Below are positions 1-8,616 of a stretch of 48,187 nucleotides of DNA, in pieces (within the stretch, counting starts at the first letter, position 1; every line of letters starts with the position of its first letter). The notes under the pieces are model-generated. The model was given only the letters and a program-made list of their open reading frames with translations. It made no database searches and had not been told where the DNA came from. A program made the translations under genes and the position numbers. This DNA comes from Nanobdellota archaeon (GTDB lineage Archaea; Nanobdellota; Nanobdellia; Parvarchaeales; Parvarchaeaceae): positions 1 through 48,187 of the forward strand of contig JAJZXE010000004.1 of NCBI GenBank assembly GCA_021802505.1. The letters are read 5' to 3'.

Positions 1-1
1 C

Positions 2-565
2 GCATTTAAAACACACATAATCGTCTTTAATTCGTGCTACTTTTCAAATGCGACGCTGGCAGTCAATAATTCCGGTCCATTCTGTCTGGCGAATAACGGC
101 GTAAACATAATCATAAACAAGTCCATACTGTCCTATTACCCGAATTCTACCCTTGAAATACACAACCTGAACGTCTCCGCTTCACCGTTTTCCTTTTTGG
201 ACGGCAAGCCATTGATTACGGTGTGGAACGAGCCTTCGTACGTCGCTGCGGATTCCTATTCATTTCTGACAATTCCAGACACGTTCAAAGTGCACATGGA
301 ATATAATGCGACCGTTGATACCTCTTTCATAGTAATGACCAATCAGCAGTATGTAAACTGGGTCACAACTAAAAGCCTGAAGAATAACTACGTTTCAATA
401 GAAAGTGGCAGGAATATCTCTTCATGGTTCAATCTCAGTACAGGATGTGCGGGCTACGTCGCAGTTATCGAATCGTTAAACGGCCAGGCGGTGGCAATCC
501 ACCCCGATGAAAAGATACTTTATGACCCCGCGAGTGCGCCGACCGGAGCGTGTATTTCACCTTAA
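2..565 (+). CDS. hypothetical secreted/surface protein, 5' end outside the window
   Basis: Frame 2 is open from nt 2, with no stop before the TTG at 197 used by the ORF track, so the CDS enters from upstream. Many N-x-S/T sequons (NAT, NNS, NKS, NST, NVS, NIS, NLS). No family recognised. Confidence 0.45.
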   Translation, partial: AFKTHIIVFNSCYFSNATLAVNNSGPFCLANNGVNIIINKSILSYYPNSTLEIHNLNVSASPFSFLDGKPLITVWNEPSYVAADSYSFLTIPDTFKVHMEYNATVDTSFIVMTNQQYVNWVTTKSLKNNYVSIESGRNISSWFNLSTGCAGYVAVIESLNGQAVAIHPDEKILYDPASAPTGACISP

Positions 566-610
566 ATAAATACAGTCAATTTTAAATCCTTTAAGATCAT
601 AATAAATACC

Positions 611-1222
611 ATGGAAATTGATATTTTCGATGCGGTAAACGAGCTGAAAAGTTTTTATGAGGACAATTCTCCCCTCTCAAAGATAAGCGGTTTAATACCC
701 TACAAAAAAGTATCAATAGATCTGGAGTACAAGGACGGCGTGATAAGGGTGAGGGCACAGCATCCTCTTTCCATTAAGCTGTACAAACTATACAATATAT
801 TAATGCGCCTTTTCCTGGTTAAAGCGGTAAAGCTCACGGTGGACCTGATGGAAAACAACGGGCAGAAATCCGTTTCAAAACAGTTCGGTCCGGATGAAAA
901 TATTGATCCCATAATAGAGGATCTTAAGGGTATACCGCATGAAAGCATAACCGACATAATAGTCGATACGGATTACTTTAAGATAGTCGAAACGCAGGAC
1001 ATGAGCGACAACGTTTCAATAATGCTCAAGAAGACCGGCAAAAAAGAGCTTTTTAAGAGCCTTTCAAACTATCTGTTTCCGTTCATAAACATGCCTGCGA
1101 ATGAATCGTTAAAGGAAGAGATGAGTTTTACAAAAGACAGCGATCAGTTGACGGTTGACGTTTCAATGAAAATAGACGGATCACCGATGGGAATAAAATC
1201 GAAAAAAGTGAAATTGATTTAG
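611..1222 (+). CDS. hypothetical protein, first gene of the KaiC-like/GTPase/Roadblock operon
   Basis: 203-aa ORF with an ATG start. Its stop lies 1 nt before the next ORF. No motif recognised. Confidence 0.5.
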   Translation: MEIDIFDAVNELKSFYEDNSPLSKISGLIPYKKVSIDLEYKDGVIRVRAQHPLSIKLYKLYNILMRLFLVKAVKLTVDLMENNGQKSVSKQFGPDENIDPIIEDLKGIPHESITDIIVDTDYFKIVETQDMSDNVSIMLKKTGKKELFKSLSNYLFPFINMPANESLKEEMSFTKDSDQLTVDVSMKIDGSPMGIKSKKVKLI

Positions 1223-1223
1223 A

Positions 1224-1892
1224 ATGGAAGGGATAAAAACGGGTTTTAAGTCGTTTGATGAATCAACGGGAGGGCTGGATTACAGAAAGACATATGCCCT
1301 TTTCGGCAATAAGGAATCAGGAAAGGAGCAGTTCCTATACAACTTAGTGCAGTCCGCCCTGGCATCAAAAAATGCGATCGTATACGTTCTTACTTCCAAA
1401 TCTTATTCTGATCTTATAAATGAATTCAATGTGAGGAACATACCGATAAACCAGTATCTCGGAAAGGACTTCAAGATACTTGACGATTTCAGCAGAACTA
1501 ACTCACCGAATGCGATGGACAACTCATATGCAAAGATACTTAACGGGCCTTTGGATCTTACAGGTTTGTCAGTCTCATTGTCGGGCGTAAACAGTGATTT
1601 TATAAAAGACGCAAAAACGGTCATAAACATCTTTGATAATCTTTCAAATCTGCTTATGTATAACAACCCTCTGACGGTCTATCGTTTTCTCCAGTTTATC
1701 TGCGGTAAGGCCAAACTCGCCGGTGTTACAACCATATTCTCGGTTGATACAGCAATGCATACCCCTGATATTATAGAAACCATAAAGAACTTATCGGATG
1801 CAATCATAGATCTAAAACTTGAAAATGGCAAAAGATCTTTCAGATTATCTGGAACCAGCAGAGAGGTGCTTGAATTCAAAGAGCTGGAATGA
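1224..1892 (+). CDS. KaiC/RAD55-like RecA-superfamily domain protein with non-canonical Walker A
   Basis: N-terminus IKTGFKSFDESTGGL...YALFGNKESGKEQF follows the KaiC/RAD55 layout. Walker A is GNKESGKE (GxxxxGK-E). Walker B-like VINIFD. Confidence 0.7.
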   Translation: MEGIKTGFKSFDESTGGLDYRKTYALFGNKESGKEQFLYNLVQSALASKNAIVYVLTSKSYSDLINEFNVRNIPINQYLGKDFKILDDFSRTNSPNAMDNSYAKILNGPLDLTGLSVSLSGVNSDFIKDAKTVINIFDNLSNLLMYNNPLTVYRFLQFICGKAKLAGVTTIFSVDTAMHTPDIIETIKNLSDAIIDLKLENGKRSFRLSGTSREVLEFKELE

Positions 1893-1925
1893 TATATTTA
1901 AAAGCATTCAGCTCTACTTATTAAT

Positions 1926-3164
1926 ATGGTCGAATACAGAGGATTGGACGGCATACCTGAAGATGTAGACCCGTACTTTGGGATAGCAAAACTGGATGAG
2001 CAATTGAAGGGGATTCCCTCAAAGAAGATCGTACTAATCTCCGCTTCACCTTCGGTGGGCAACGAAGTGTTCGGTTATCAGATAATACACAAAAATATAA
2101 TTTCAAATGTAAAAGTTCTTGTGTTTCTTAACAGGACCTCACCGCAGTCCTACCTTACGGAGATGAAGGAATACGATTTTCCCTCCAATGACAACATGGT
2201 GATAATCGATGCGTACAGCGGCATAACCGGGATAAAATCCGATGAAACCGATCATATAAAAGTCATAAGCAACCCGTATGACAGGGAAGAGGTAAAATCA
2301 AAGATTCTTAGCGAGCTTAAAAACGGATACGGTCTGCTTGTGATGGATTCTCTCTCATTGCTGGCGGATTTCTTCGATTTTCAGTACGTGAATTCACTTA
2401 TCAAAGAAATTCAAAAAATATCCGAAGAAAAAGATGCGGCGGCAGTTCTGCTGTTCACAGATTGGGGTTATGATAAGGACAATGTCGACAAAATCATCTC
2501 AGAAGTCAATTCGGTAATAGAAGTAAAGGGCATAGAAAAAAGAGTCATCTTCGGCCAGTATTTTGCCGTGCTTAACTGTGACTGGGTTAAGGCGAACGAC
2601 GGCTTCTCCTCCGTTCTTTTTAAATCGATGAAACCTGGAGGAATAAAGGTGTACTTCCCAAAGATACTCGTTACCGGCCCTACGGATGCGGGTAAAAGTT
2701 CGTTTATACACAGCGCCTCGCACAATGCAGTTAGCGTTGATAAATTGGGCGGGACGATTGCATTGGACCACGGCAGTGTCGATTTTGAAGGGTATAAAGC
2801 GGATTTATTTGGTACGCCCGGGCAGGAAAGATTTGATCCCCTGCTTAAAATGCTGGGGGGAGAAGCAATCGGCGTTTTCCTAGTCATAGATTCAACAAAA
2901 CCCGAGCAGTTCCCCAGAGCGATAGAAATGCTTAGAAAAACGGAAACGTACGGCCTACCGGTTGTTGTAATCGCGAATAAGGCGGATCTTAAAGGGGCAT
3001 TGAAGAAAGAAGAGATACGGGCCAAATTACACCTTGATTCAGCGATGGCATTAATACAGACATTTGCGGAGGATTTATCCAAGGTGGATCCGAACGAACC
3101 AACAAAATTAAAAGATGAAGGGGTGCATGAAGCTTTGTCGGTGCTTTTCAAACAGCTGACATAA
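1926..3164 (+). CDS. fusion protein: degenerate KaiC-like domain plus C-terminal small GTPase (COG2229 / MglA-CvnD-like)
   Basis: The N-half has a KaiC-like layout (GIAKLDEQLKG...VLISASPSVGNEVF, Walker B-like LLVMDS). The C-half has G1 GPTDAGKS, G3 LFGTPGQERF and G4 NKAD. Confidence 0.75.
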   Translation: MVEYRGLDGIPEDVDPYFGIAKLDEQLKGIPSKKIVLISASPSVGNEVFGYQIIHKNIISNVKVLVFLNRTSPQSYLTEMKEYDFPSNDNMVIIDAYSGITGIKSDETDHIKVISNPYDREEVKSKILSELKNGYGLLVMDSLSLLADFFDFQYVNSLIKEIQKISEEKDAAAVLLFTDWGYDKDNVDKIISEVNSVIEVKGIEKRVIFGQYFAVLNCDWVKANDGFSSVLFKSMKPGGIKVYFPKILVTGPTDAGKSSFIHSASHNAVSVDKLGGTIALDHGSVDFEGYKADLFGTPGQERFDPLLKMLGGEAIGVFLVIDSTKPEQFPRAIEMLRKTETYGLPVVVIANKADLKGALKKEEIRAKLHLDSAMALIQTFAEDLSKVDPNEPTKLKDEGVHEALSVLFKQLT

Positions 3165-3194
3165 TTATTTAAATAGGTAATTTATAAATTAAAT

Positions 3195-3569
3195 ATGGCT
3201 ACAAAATCTGAACAATTAAAGAGCACTTTGCAGAGATTAAGCACGGTAGGAGGAATAAAAGCTTCCGCTGTGATTTCCGCCAACGGTTTGCCGATGGTTT
3301 CACTTATGCCGGAGGATGTAGATCCGAATACGTTTGCAGCTATGCTTGCCTCAATGGTAGGTTCGGCAGAAACGGCGTTGAAATCCCTGGGAGCAAAAAA
3401 TACACTGGACAGGGTAGTTGCGGAGTCGAAGGATATAAGGGTAGTTGCGGTTCAGGCCGGTACTGATGCAATACTTACAATAATGATCGATCCAAATACA
3501 AACTACGGACTGATACTTCTGGAGTCAAAAAAGGCTTCCGATGAGATTGCAAACATAATGAAGCAGTGA
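3195..3569 (+). CDS. Roadblock/LC7 domain protein (MglB/CvnB-like)
   Basis: 124 aa. The pattern LQRLSTVGGIKASAVISANGLPMVS...DPNTFAAMLASMVGSAE is typical of Robl_LC7. It lies 30 nt downstream of the GTPase gene. Confidence 0.75.
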   Translation: MATKSEQLKSTLQRLSTVGGIKASAVISANGLPMVSLMPEDVDPNTFAAMLASMVGSAETALKSLGAKNTLDRVVAESKDIRVVAVQAGTDAILTIMIDPNTNYGLILLESKKASDEIANIMKQ

Positions 3570-3692
3570 TCGATATCTCAACTGTATTTTAGAATTTTTT
3601 TATTCTGTATCTGTCGGCTTTCTATTTGAGAGAAAAACCTTTGAAATCGGAGAGAAACACCGTGAAATATAAGATAAAAATAAACAACTACC

Positions 3693-3965
3693 TCAACTTT
3701 TAAGCGTCTTTAGAATCTCATCCACCTTATCTATGTTATCCTGTTTGATGGCCTCTATTATTGCGAGTTTGTTCTTTTTCCTGATTTTTACCTTTTCACC
3801 GTTCTTTGTTATCTTCAGCTGTTCTTTGTCGAAGTTTACCGGTAGTTTTTCATTTTTTGGCTGAAAATCTTCATGCTCTTCCTTTCTTGTATACTTTACT
3901 TCGTATCCGTTGAATTTTATTTCTTTTACAGCCTTGCTCTGATGATGTTTATACCATTCTTCCAT
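3693..3965 (-). CDS. hypothetical Lys/Glu-rich small protein
   Basis: 90-aa ORF with an ATG start, convergent with the Roadblock gene. No motif recognised. Confidence 0.35.
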   Translation of the reverse strand: MEEWYKHHQSKAVKEIKFNGYEVKYTRKEEHEDFQPKNEKLPVNFDKEQLKITKNGEKVKIRKKNKLAIIEAIKQDNIDKVDEILKTLKS

Positions 3966-4045
3966 GGAATATATCGTAGTTTCATAGATTTAAACATTTT
4001 GGATACGTATTTATAATTTATAAATTAAAGAATATAATGTTATGA

Positions 4046-4129
4046 GCTCAGGTTGCGTAACCTGGCATCGCGTAAGCCTGGAGAGCTTATGGGAGCAATC
4101 CCTTGAGGGTCCGAATCCCTCCCTGAGCG
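4046..4129 (+). tRNA. tRNA-Ser (anticodon GGA)
   Basis: Folded by hand. Acceptor GCTCAGG/CCTGAGC, 3-bp D stem, anticodon stem TAAGC/GCTTA, loop CTGGAGA. Long variable arm (GGGA-GCAA-TCCC), T arm GAGGG-TCCGAAT-CCCTC, discriminator G. An A/T-rich TATA-like stretch lies upstream. Confidence 0.85.
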
Positions 4130-4238
4130 AGTTTGTGGAGTATTAATAACGTTTATTGGTAAGGTATACTTTTTCAAAAGAATTAAAATGCATGCGGAAT
4201 CCAAGCCGAATTATATCGTATTATAAGGAGGGCTAAGT

Positions 4239-4781
4239 TTATCTGACCCTAAATTCGCTGGCTTTACTCAGTATTTTCAGTTTCTGCAGGATATACCTCG
4301 ATAAAACAAGTATCGCCATGCCAGCGAATAGTGTTATTATCCCGTATATCGGTATTTTAAACAGTAAAAAGGCAACGGCTATACCCAGTGCTGGGGGGTG
4401 CTCGCTGTCCGTTTCAAACAGCAATAAAGAGACCATGAAAATGGTTATGCCAGCTGCTATGTAAAAACTTATTGCTTCCGAAAGCAAAAATCCCATATAA
4501 CCGAACAGGCCTGCTATCAGATAGCTTTTTATAAATCTCGTCTTTTTTGCGGCCTTAGAATACGGCATTAAAAAGAGGATAAAAGCACTGCTCGCGAAAG
4601 AAGTGAAGATCAGTGCCGAGGCTCCGCTTACCTCCTTTATATCAAAATTTATTTCGTGCAGAATAAATATTAGCAGTACTACGATAAATGATGTCAGTAA
4701 GATGGGGATTACGATGTTATTGCGGTTTAACTTGTGTTTTGTTCTCCTGTATTCTTTGTGGCTGAATTCATTTTTCTTCAT
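4239..4781 (-). CDS. HPP-family integral membrane protein
   Basis: Multi-TM 180-aa ORF containing SEHPPALG, which resembles the HPP-family signature. Overlaps the thrS stop by 14 nt. Confidence 0.5.
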   Translation of the reverse strand: MKKNEFSHKEYRRTKHKLNRNNIVIPILLTSFIVVLLIFILHEINFDIKEVSGASALIFTSFASSAFILFLMPYSKAAKKTRFIKSYLIAGLFGYMGFLLSEAISFYIAAGITIFMVSLLLFETDSEHPPALGIAVAFLLFKIPIYGIITLFAGMAILVLSRYILQKLKILSKASEFRVR

Positions 4782-6678
4782 ACGGTAATCTTTCTTCTAT
4801 GTCCTTTACCCTGTCTTTTATGAATGATTCAACGTTTACGTTATATTCCGTCTTTCCTTTGCGGTTTCTGACCGCAATTGTTTTTTTCTCCTCTTCTTTG
4901 TCCCCGATAATTATTATGTATGGGATTTTTTCAAGCTGGCCCTTTCTTATCTTGTATTCTAATGTGCCATTCTCCAGTTCTCCTTCAACCCGTATTCCGC
5001 CGGATTTTATTTTTTTGATGACCTCCAAAGCGTATTTATTGTTTCTTTCGGTGATAGTAAATACCTTGGCCTGAACAGGGGAAAGCCAGAACGGCAGTTC
5101 TCCCTTTGAATTCTCAAGTATTATGCCCATAAATCTTCCAATCGTGCCCATTATTGATCTGTGGATAACGATGGGGAAGTGTTCCTTATTGTCGCTGCCG
5201 ATATACTTTGCAGCAAATCTCACCGCGAGATTAAAATCAAGCTGTATTGTTGAAACCGCGTATGCGTCCTCCTGCCTGCCGCTGAAATCCAGTACGTAGA
5301 TATCTATTTTCGGGCCATAAAACGCACCGTCCCCCTCCTTCACTTCATAGGTATATCCTCTTTTTTCAAGCACATCTTTCAGTATCGCTTCCGCCTTGTC
5401 CCAGAGAGAATCATCCCCTATCCTTTTTTCCGGCCTCGTCGCCAGTTTCATGATTGGCTTCAGATCAAATGGTTTGTAGGTATCATCCATTATATCAAAC
5501 ATCCGCATAATCTCGCCTTCTATCTGTTCCTCTGCTACATAAACATGCGAGTCATTCTGTTCCATCAATCTTGTTCTTAGTAACCCATCAAGCGTTCCCT
5601 CCAGTTCATATCTGTGTAAAAACCCGTAATCCGACAGGCGCATGGGCAGTTCTCTGTAGCTTCTTGTTTTTGACCTGAAAAGCAGCGCCGAGAAAGGGCA
5701 ATTCATTGGCTTAAGTCCGTATTCCTCGTCTGATTCGAAAGGAGTCACCCTAAACATGTTCTCCTTATACTTGTCAAAATGGCCGCTTATTTTCCAGAGG
5801 TCTATTTTGGCTATGAGCGGAGTTATTATCTCCGAATATTCGTACTTTTTATCGAGTTCTCTCGCAAATTTCAATAGTTCATTATAGACTATAGTTCCGT
5901 TTACAGTGAAAAAAGGAGAACCCGGCGATAATTCAGAAAATTCGAACAAACCAAGTTCCTTTCCTATTTTTTTATGGTCGTGCTCTTTTCTTTCCTCCGT
6001 TAATTTAAGATATTCTTCCAGTTCCTGCTTAGACGGGAAACTTACGCCGTATATCCTTGTCATCACTTCTCTTTTGCTGTCTCCTCTCCAGTATGCCCCC
6101 GCCACCTTCAGTAATTTTACAGCCCCGATATAACCTGTAGAGGGTATATGCGGGCCCCTGCACAGGTCGTAGAATTCTCCGTTCCTGTATATGCTGAGAT
6201 TACCGGTTGCTCCTTCTATTATTTCCAGTTTGAATCTGTTTTCCTTTAAGAGCTCTTTTGCCTCCTCTTTTGATATGTCTTTTCTTTCAAAAGCAATGTC
6301 TTCTTTTATTATCTTCCCGATTTCTTTTTCTATTTTTTCCAGATCGTTATCCCCTGCCTTCAAGTTATACAGATCGTAGTAAAATCCTTCGTCTATTGCA
6401 GGGCCTATACCGAGCAGTGCTTCCGGATAAAGTCTCTTGACAGCGACTGCCAGGACATGTGCGGACGAATGCCAAAACACCTTTTTACCCTCTTTGTCAG
6501 CAAATGTATAAAATTTTATCTCGCCGTCTTCATTGATGACCCTGGATAAATCAACCAATTTTCCGTTTATTTCGGCTACCAGTACACCTTTTAAGGGTAT
6601 CCCAAAAGACTTTGCTATCTCTTTTGCGGTTTTACCCTCTCCGAATTCTCCTTCTTTTCCTTTATAGATTATCTTCAT
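4768..6678 (-). CDS. thrS: threonyl-tRNA synthetase, with bacterial/eukaryal-type N-terminal TGS and editing domains
   Basis: 636 aa. TGS-like N-terminus, HxxxH (WHSSAHVLA) and CxxxH (CRGPH) editing-domain motifs, class II core, C-terminal anticodon-binding domain. Confidence 0.95.
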   Translation of the reverse strand: MKIIYKGKEGEFGEGKTAKEIAKSFGIPLKGVLVAEINGKLVDLSRVINEDGEIKFYTFADKEGKKVFWHSSAHVLAVAVKRLYPEALLGIGPAIDEGFYYDLYNLKAGDNDLEKIEKEIGKIIKEDIAFERKDISKEEAKELLKENRFKLEIIEGATGNLSIYRNGEFYDLCRGPHIPSTGYIGAVKLLKVAGAYWRGDSKREVMTRIYGVSFPSKQELEEYLKLTEERKEHDHKKIGKELGLFEFSELSPGSPFFTVNGTIVYNELLKFARELDKKYEYSEIITPLIAKIDLWKISGHFDKYKENMFRVTPFESDEEYGLKPMNCPFSALLFRSKTRSYRELPMRLSDYGFLHRYELEGTLDGLLRTRLMEQNDSHVYVAEEQIEGEIMRMFDIMDDTYKPFDLKPIMKLATRPEKRIGDDSLWDKAEAILKDVLEKRGYTYEVKEGDGAFYGPKIDIYVLDFSGRQEDAYAVSTIQLDFNLAVRFAAKYIGSDNKEHFPIVIHRSIMGTIGRFMGIILENSKGELPFWLSPVQAKVFTITERNNKYALEVIKKIKSGGIRVEGELENGTLEYKIRKGQLEKIPYIIIIGDKEEEKKTIAVRNRKGKTEYNVNVESFIKDRVKDIEERLPYEEK

Positions 6679-6848
6679 TTATTTTCTATTAATCTCAGTA
6701 TATTAATAATTAGCTGTTAATTTATGAGCAGTTTACTCAGAAGCAATTATTTGCCGGTTTTCTTTGCTTTATACCGCCTTTTCTGGTATTTTTGAGCGTG
6801 CTATAGTTTATATTCTATGAATTAAAATATTAATCTATTAAATGCGTC

Positions 6849-7034
6849 GTGAAAGTTATGGTTTTAAACAGAAAAGGAATGGAGCTGGGCATAACAATCA
6901 TAATAATCATAGTAATAGCGCTCGCATTACTCGTTATTTTACTGTTCCTTTTAAAAACGGGAATATTCTCGCCGGTAACCAGTCTTCTTCATTCAAGCCC
7001 CAATACAAGTTCTATAAACAATAGTCTGCCTTGA
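6849..7034 (+). CDS. small single-pass membrane protein (hypothetical)
   Basis: 61-aa ORF with a GTG start and alternative ATGs at 6858 and 6879. Contains a strongly hydrophobic stretch (ITIIIIIVIALALLVILLFLL). Confidence 0.3.
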   Translation: MKVMVLNRKGMELGITIIIIIVIALALLVILLFLLKTGIFSPVTSLLHSSPNTSSINNSLP

Positions 7035-7096
7035 AATAAGCAAAAATGCGGCAATGTGCAGAAGATTTTTATACTTTTAAATATATTTTATACGAT

Positions 7097-8086
7097 ATGA
7101 AGGCCTGGGTTCTGAGTAAAAACGGGATTGATAATCTAAGTCTGACGGAAATTGAAAGACCGAAAATTGGTAGGGATCAGGTTCTTATAAAGGTAAAGGC
7201 GGTCGGACTTAATCCGATTGATTCTATGGTCGTTGATTTTATACCGGTTAGCTCTCCAATAATACCCGGTGCAGAATTTTCCGGAGAAATAGCCGAAATC
7301 GGAGAAGATGTAGCGGGTTTTAATATCGGAGAGAAAGTCACCGTATACCCGAGGTATTTTGACGGTTCGTGCAAATACTGTTTGAGTGGAAATGAGATGC
7401 TTTGCGATAACGGTTACATAATGGGTGTAAGTTCAAACGCGGGACTGGCGGAATATGCCGCGGTCGATTCGAAAAATGTTTTTAAGCTTCCGGATAAAGC
7501 CGGTTTTGAGATGGGTGCAAGCCTTCCTGTAGCCGCCCTTACTTCTTACAACGCCCTTGAGAGAGCCGATTTAAAGAAAGGCGAGTTTATCGCGGTCATA
7601 GGCGCCGGCGGCAACACAGGTATGTTTGCAATTCAGTTTGCAAAGAAGCGCGGTGCGAAAGTGATTGCAGTTTCAAGCAAAGGCTGGCTCAAAGAATTTG
7701 GTGCGGATTATGTTGTTGATTATAAAAATGCGGCAGAAGAAGTCAAAAATATAACTGATTCAGCAATGGCGGACGTTGTTGTGGATTCAATAGGTGAGAA
7801 GTTATGGGGTTTGGGTTATTCTATCCTGGGCAAGGGCGGCAGGATAGTTGTTTTTGGCACAGAGACCGGAAAAGATGTAAATATAGACCTTTCACAGCTT
7901 TATTCCAGGCAATTAAAGATAATTGGTTCAACAGGTGGCGCAGTTCACCAGTTCTCCGAGGTCGTAAAGAATTCCAGTGACTTGAAAGTTAAAGTCTGGA
8001 AAAAATTTAAATTTGAAGATACAAAGAGTGCGTTTCAAGCCATGAAAGACAGAAATAAAGACGGAAGAATCATAATAGAACAGTGA
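7097..8086 (+). CDS. medium-chain (zinc-type) alcohol dehydrogenase / quinone oxidoreductase family protein
   Basis: MKAWVL..., GAEFSGEI, structural-zinc Cys cluster CKYCLSGNEMLC, nucleotide-binding VIGAGGNTG. ATG 7097 is preferred over 7046 because a TATA-like TTTTTATAC lies about 27 nt upstream, giving leaderless geometry. Confidence 0.85.
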   Translation: MKAWVLSKNGIDNLSLTEIERPKIGRDQVLIKVKAVGLNPIDSMVVDFIPVSSPIIPGAEFSGEIAEIGEDVAGFNIGEKVTVYPRYFDGSCKYCLSGNEMLCDNGYIMGVSSNAGLAEYAAVDSKNVFKLPDKAGFEMGASLPVAALTSYNALERADLKKGEFIAVIGAGGNTGMFAIQFAKKRGAKVIAVSSKGWLKEFGADYVVDYKNAAEEVKNITDSAMADVVVDSIGEKLWGLGYSILGKGGRIVVFGTETGKDVNIDLSQLYSRQLKIIGSTGGAVHQFSEVVKNSSDLKVKVWKKFKFEDTKSAFQAMKDRNKDGRIIIEQ

Positions 8087-8168
8087 ACTATCCCGGCTGC
8101 CACACAAATCCGGAAAAGTTTTTTATTCCGTGAAAGAATTTGAATGGGGTTTAACTCCGGCTGTAAAT

Positions 8169-8612
8169 CTAGCACTTAAAATAATAAAGTATATAATTTT
8201 TATCAGCTGACAATTTTGTTATTTTTATTTTTGATATGGAAGTTGTTATGTTTGAACACTGTTCTCCGTAAGGTGATATTATCGGATAAATCTCCAGGGA
8301 ATAATTTCCGGGGGAGGAGGTTATGCTTATGTTGTCGTTAAGATAAGCGGTATAATTTGCCCCGTTAAAATTGATCGCCCAGCTGTACACGCGATTCGAA
8401 AAAGGGTGACAGAATGACGTGCAGTTATAAGCCGTAAAATTGGTTGTGACTTCCGAGAGCTGTCCGCCGGTGGATGTCGTTATTCCCCGGGTTAATCCCC
8501 CGAGATTTGTTATTATATAGCTTCGTATGGTCGAGTCAAATATCAATAGGATGGCTATCGCTATTATAGCCGTTATAAGAACCCATACACCAAAATTTAT
8601 TTGTCCTTTCAT
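8169..8612 (-). CDS. secreted glycoprotein candidate, possible class III (type IV pilin-like) signal peptide
   Basis: The N-terminus MKG-QINFGVWVLITAIIAIAILLIF is a short charged head, a Gly, then a hydrophobic helix. Sequons present: NFT, NCT, NYT, NIS, NYS, NIT. Last gene of the gatD-gatE-methyltransferase string. Confidence 0.45.
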   Translation of the reverse strand: MKGQINFGVWVLITAIIAIAILLIFDSTIRSYIITNLGGLTRGITTSTGGQLSEVTTNFTAYNCTSFCHPFSNRVYSWAINFNGANYTAYLNDNISITSSPGNYSLEIYPIISPYGEQCSNITTSISKIKITKLSADKNYILYYFKC

Positions 8613-8616
8613 ATCG

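Noticed and set aside
3628-3668. Imperfect tandem direct repeat GAGAGAAAAACCTTTGAAATC / GAGAGAAACACCGTGAAAT in the spacer after the Roadblock gene
   Set aside because: There are only two purine-rich copies with several mismatches, in a convergent 3' spacer. It is not CRISPR-like, with no further repeats or spacers, and may be chance.
7046-7096. Longer start for the alcohol dehydrogenase (MRQCAEDFYTFKYILYD...) and GTG 36968 for the DUF1059 gene
   Set aside because: The extensions run through A/T-rich promoter-like sequence and add non-conserved residues ahead of canonical family N-termini (MKAWVL..., MAYKFSC...). The internal ATGs are preferred.
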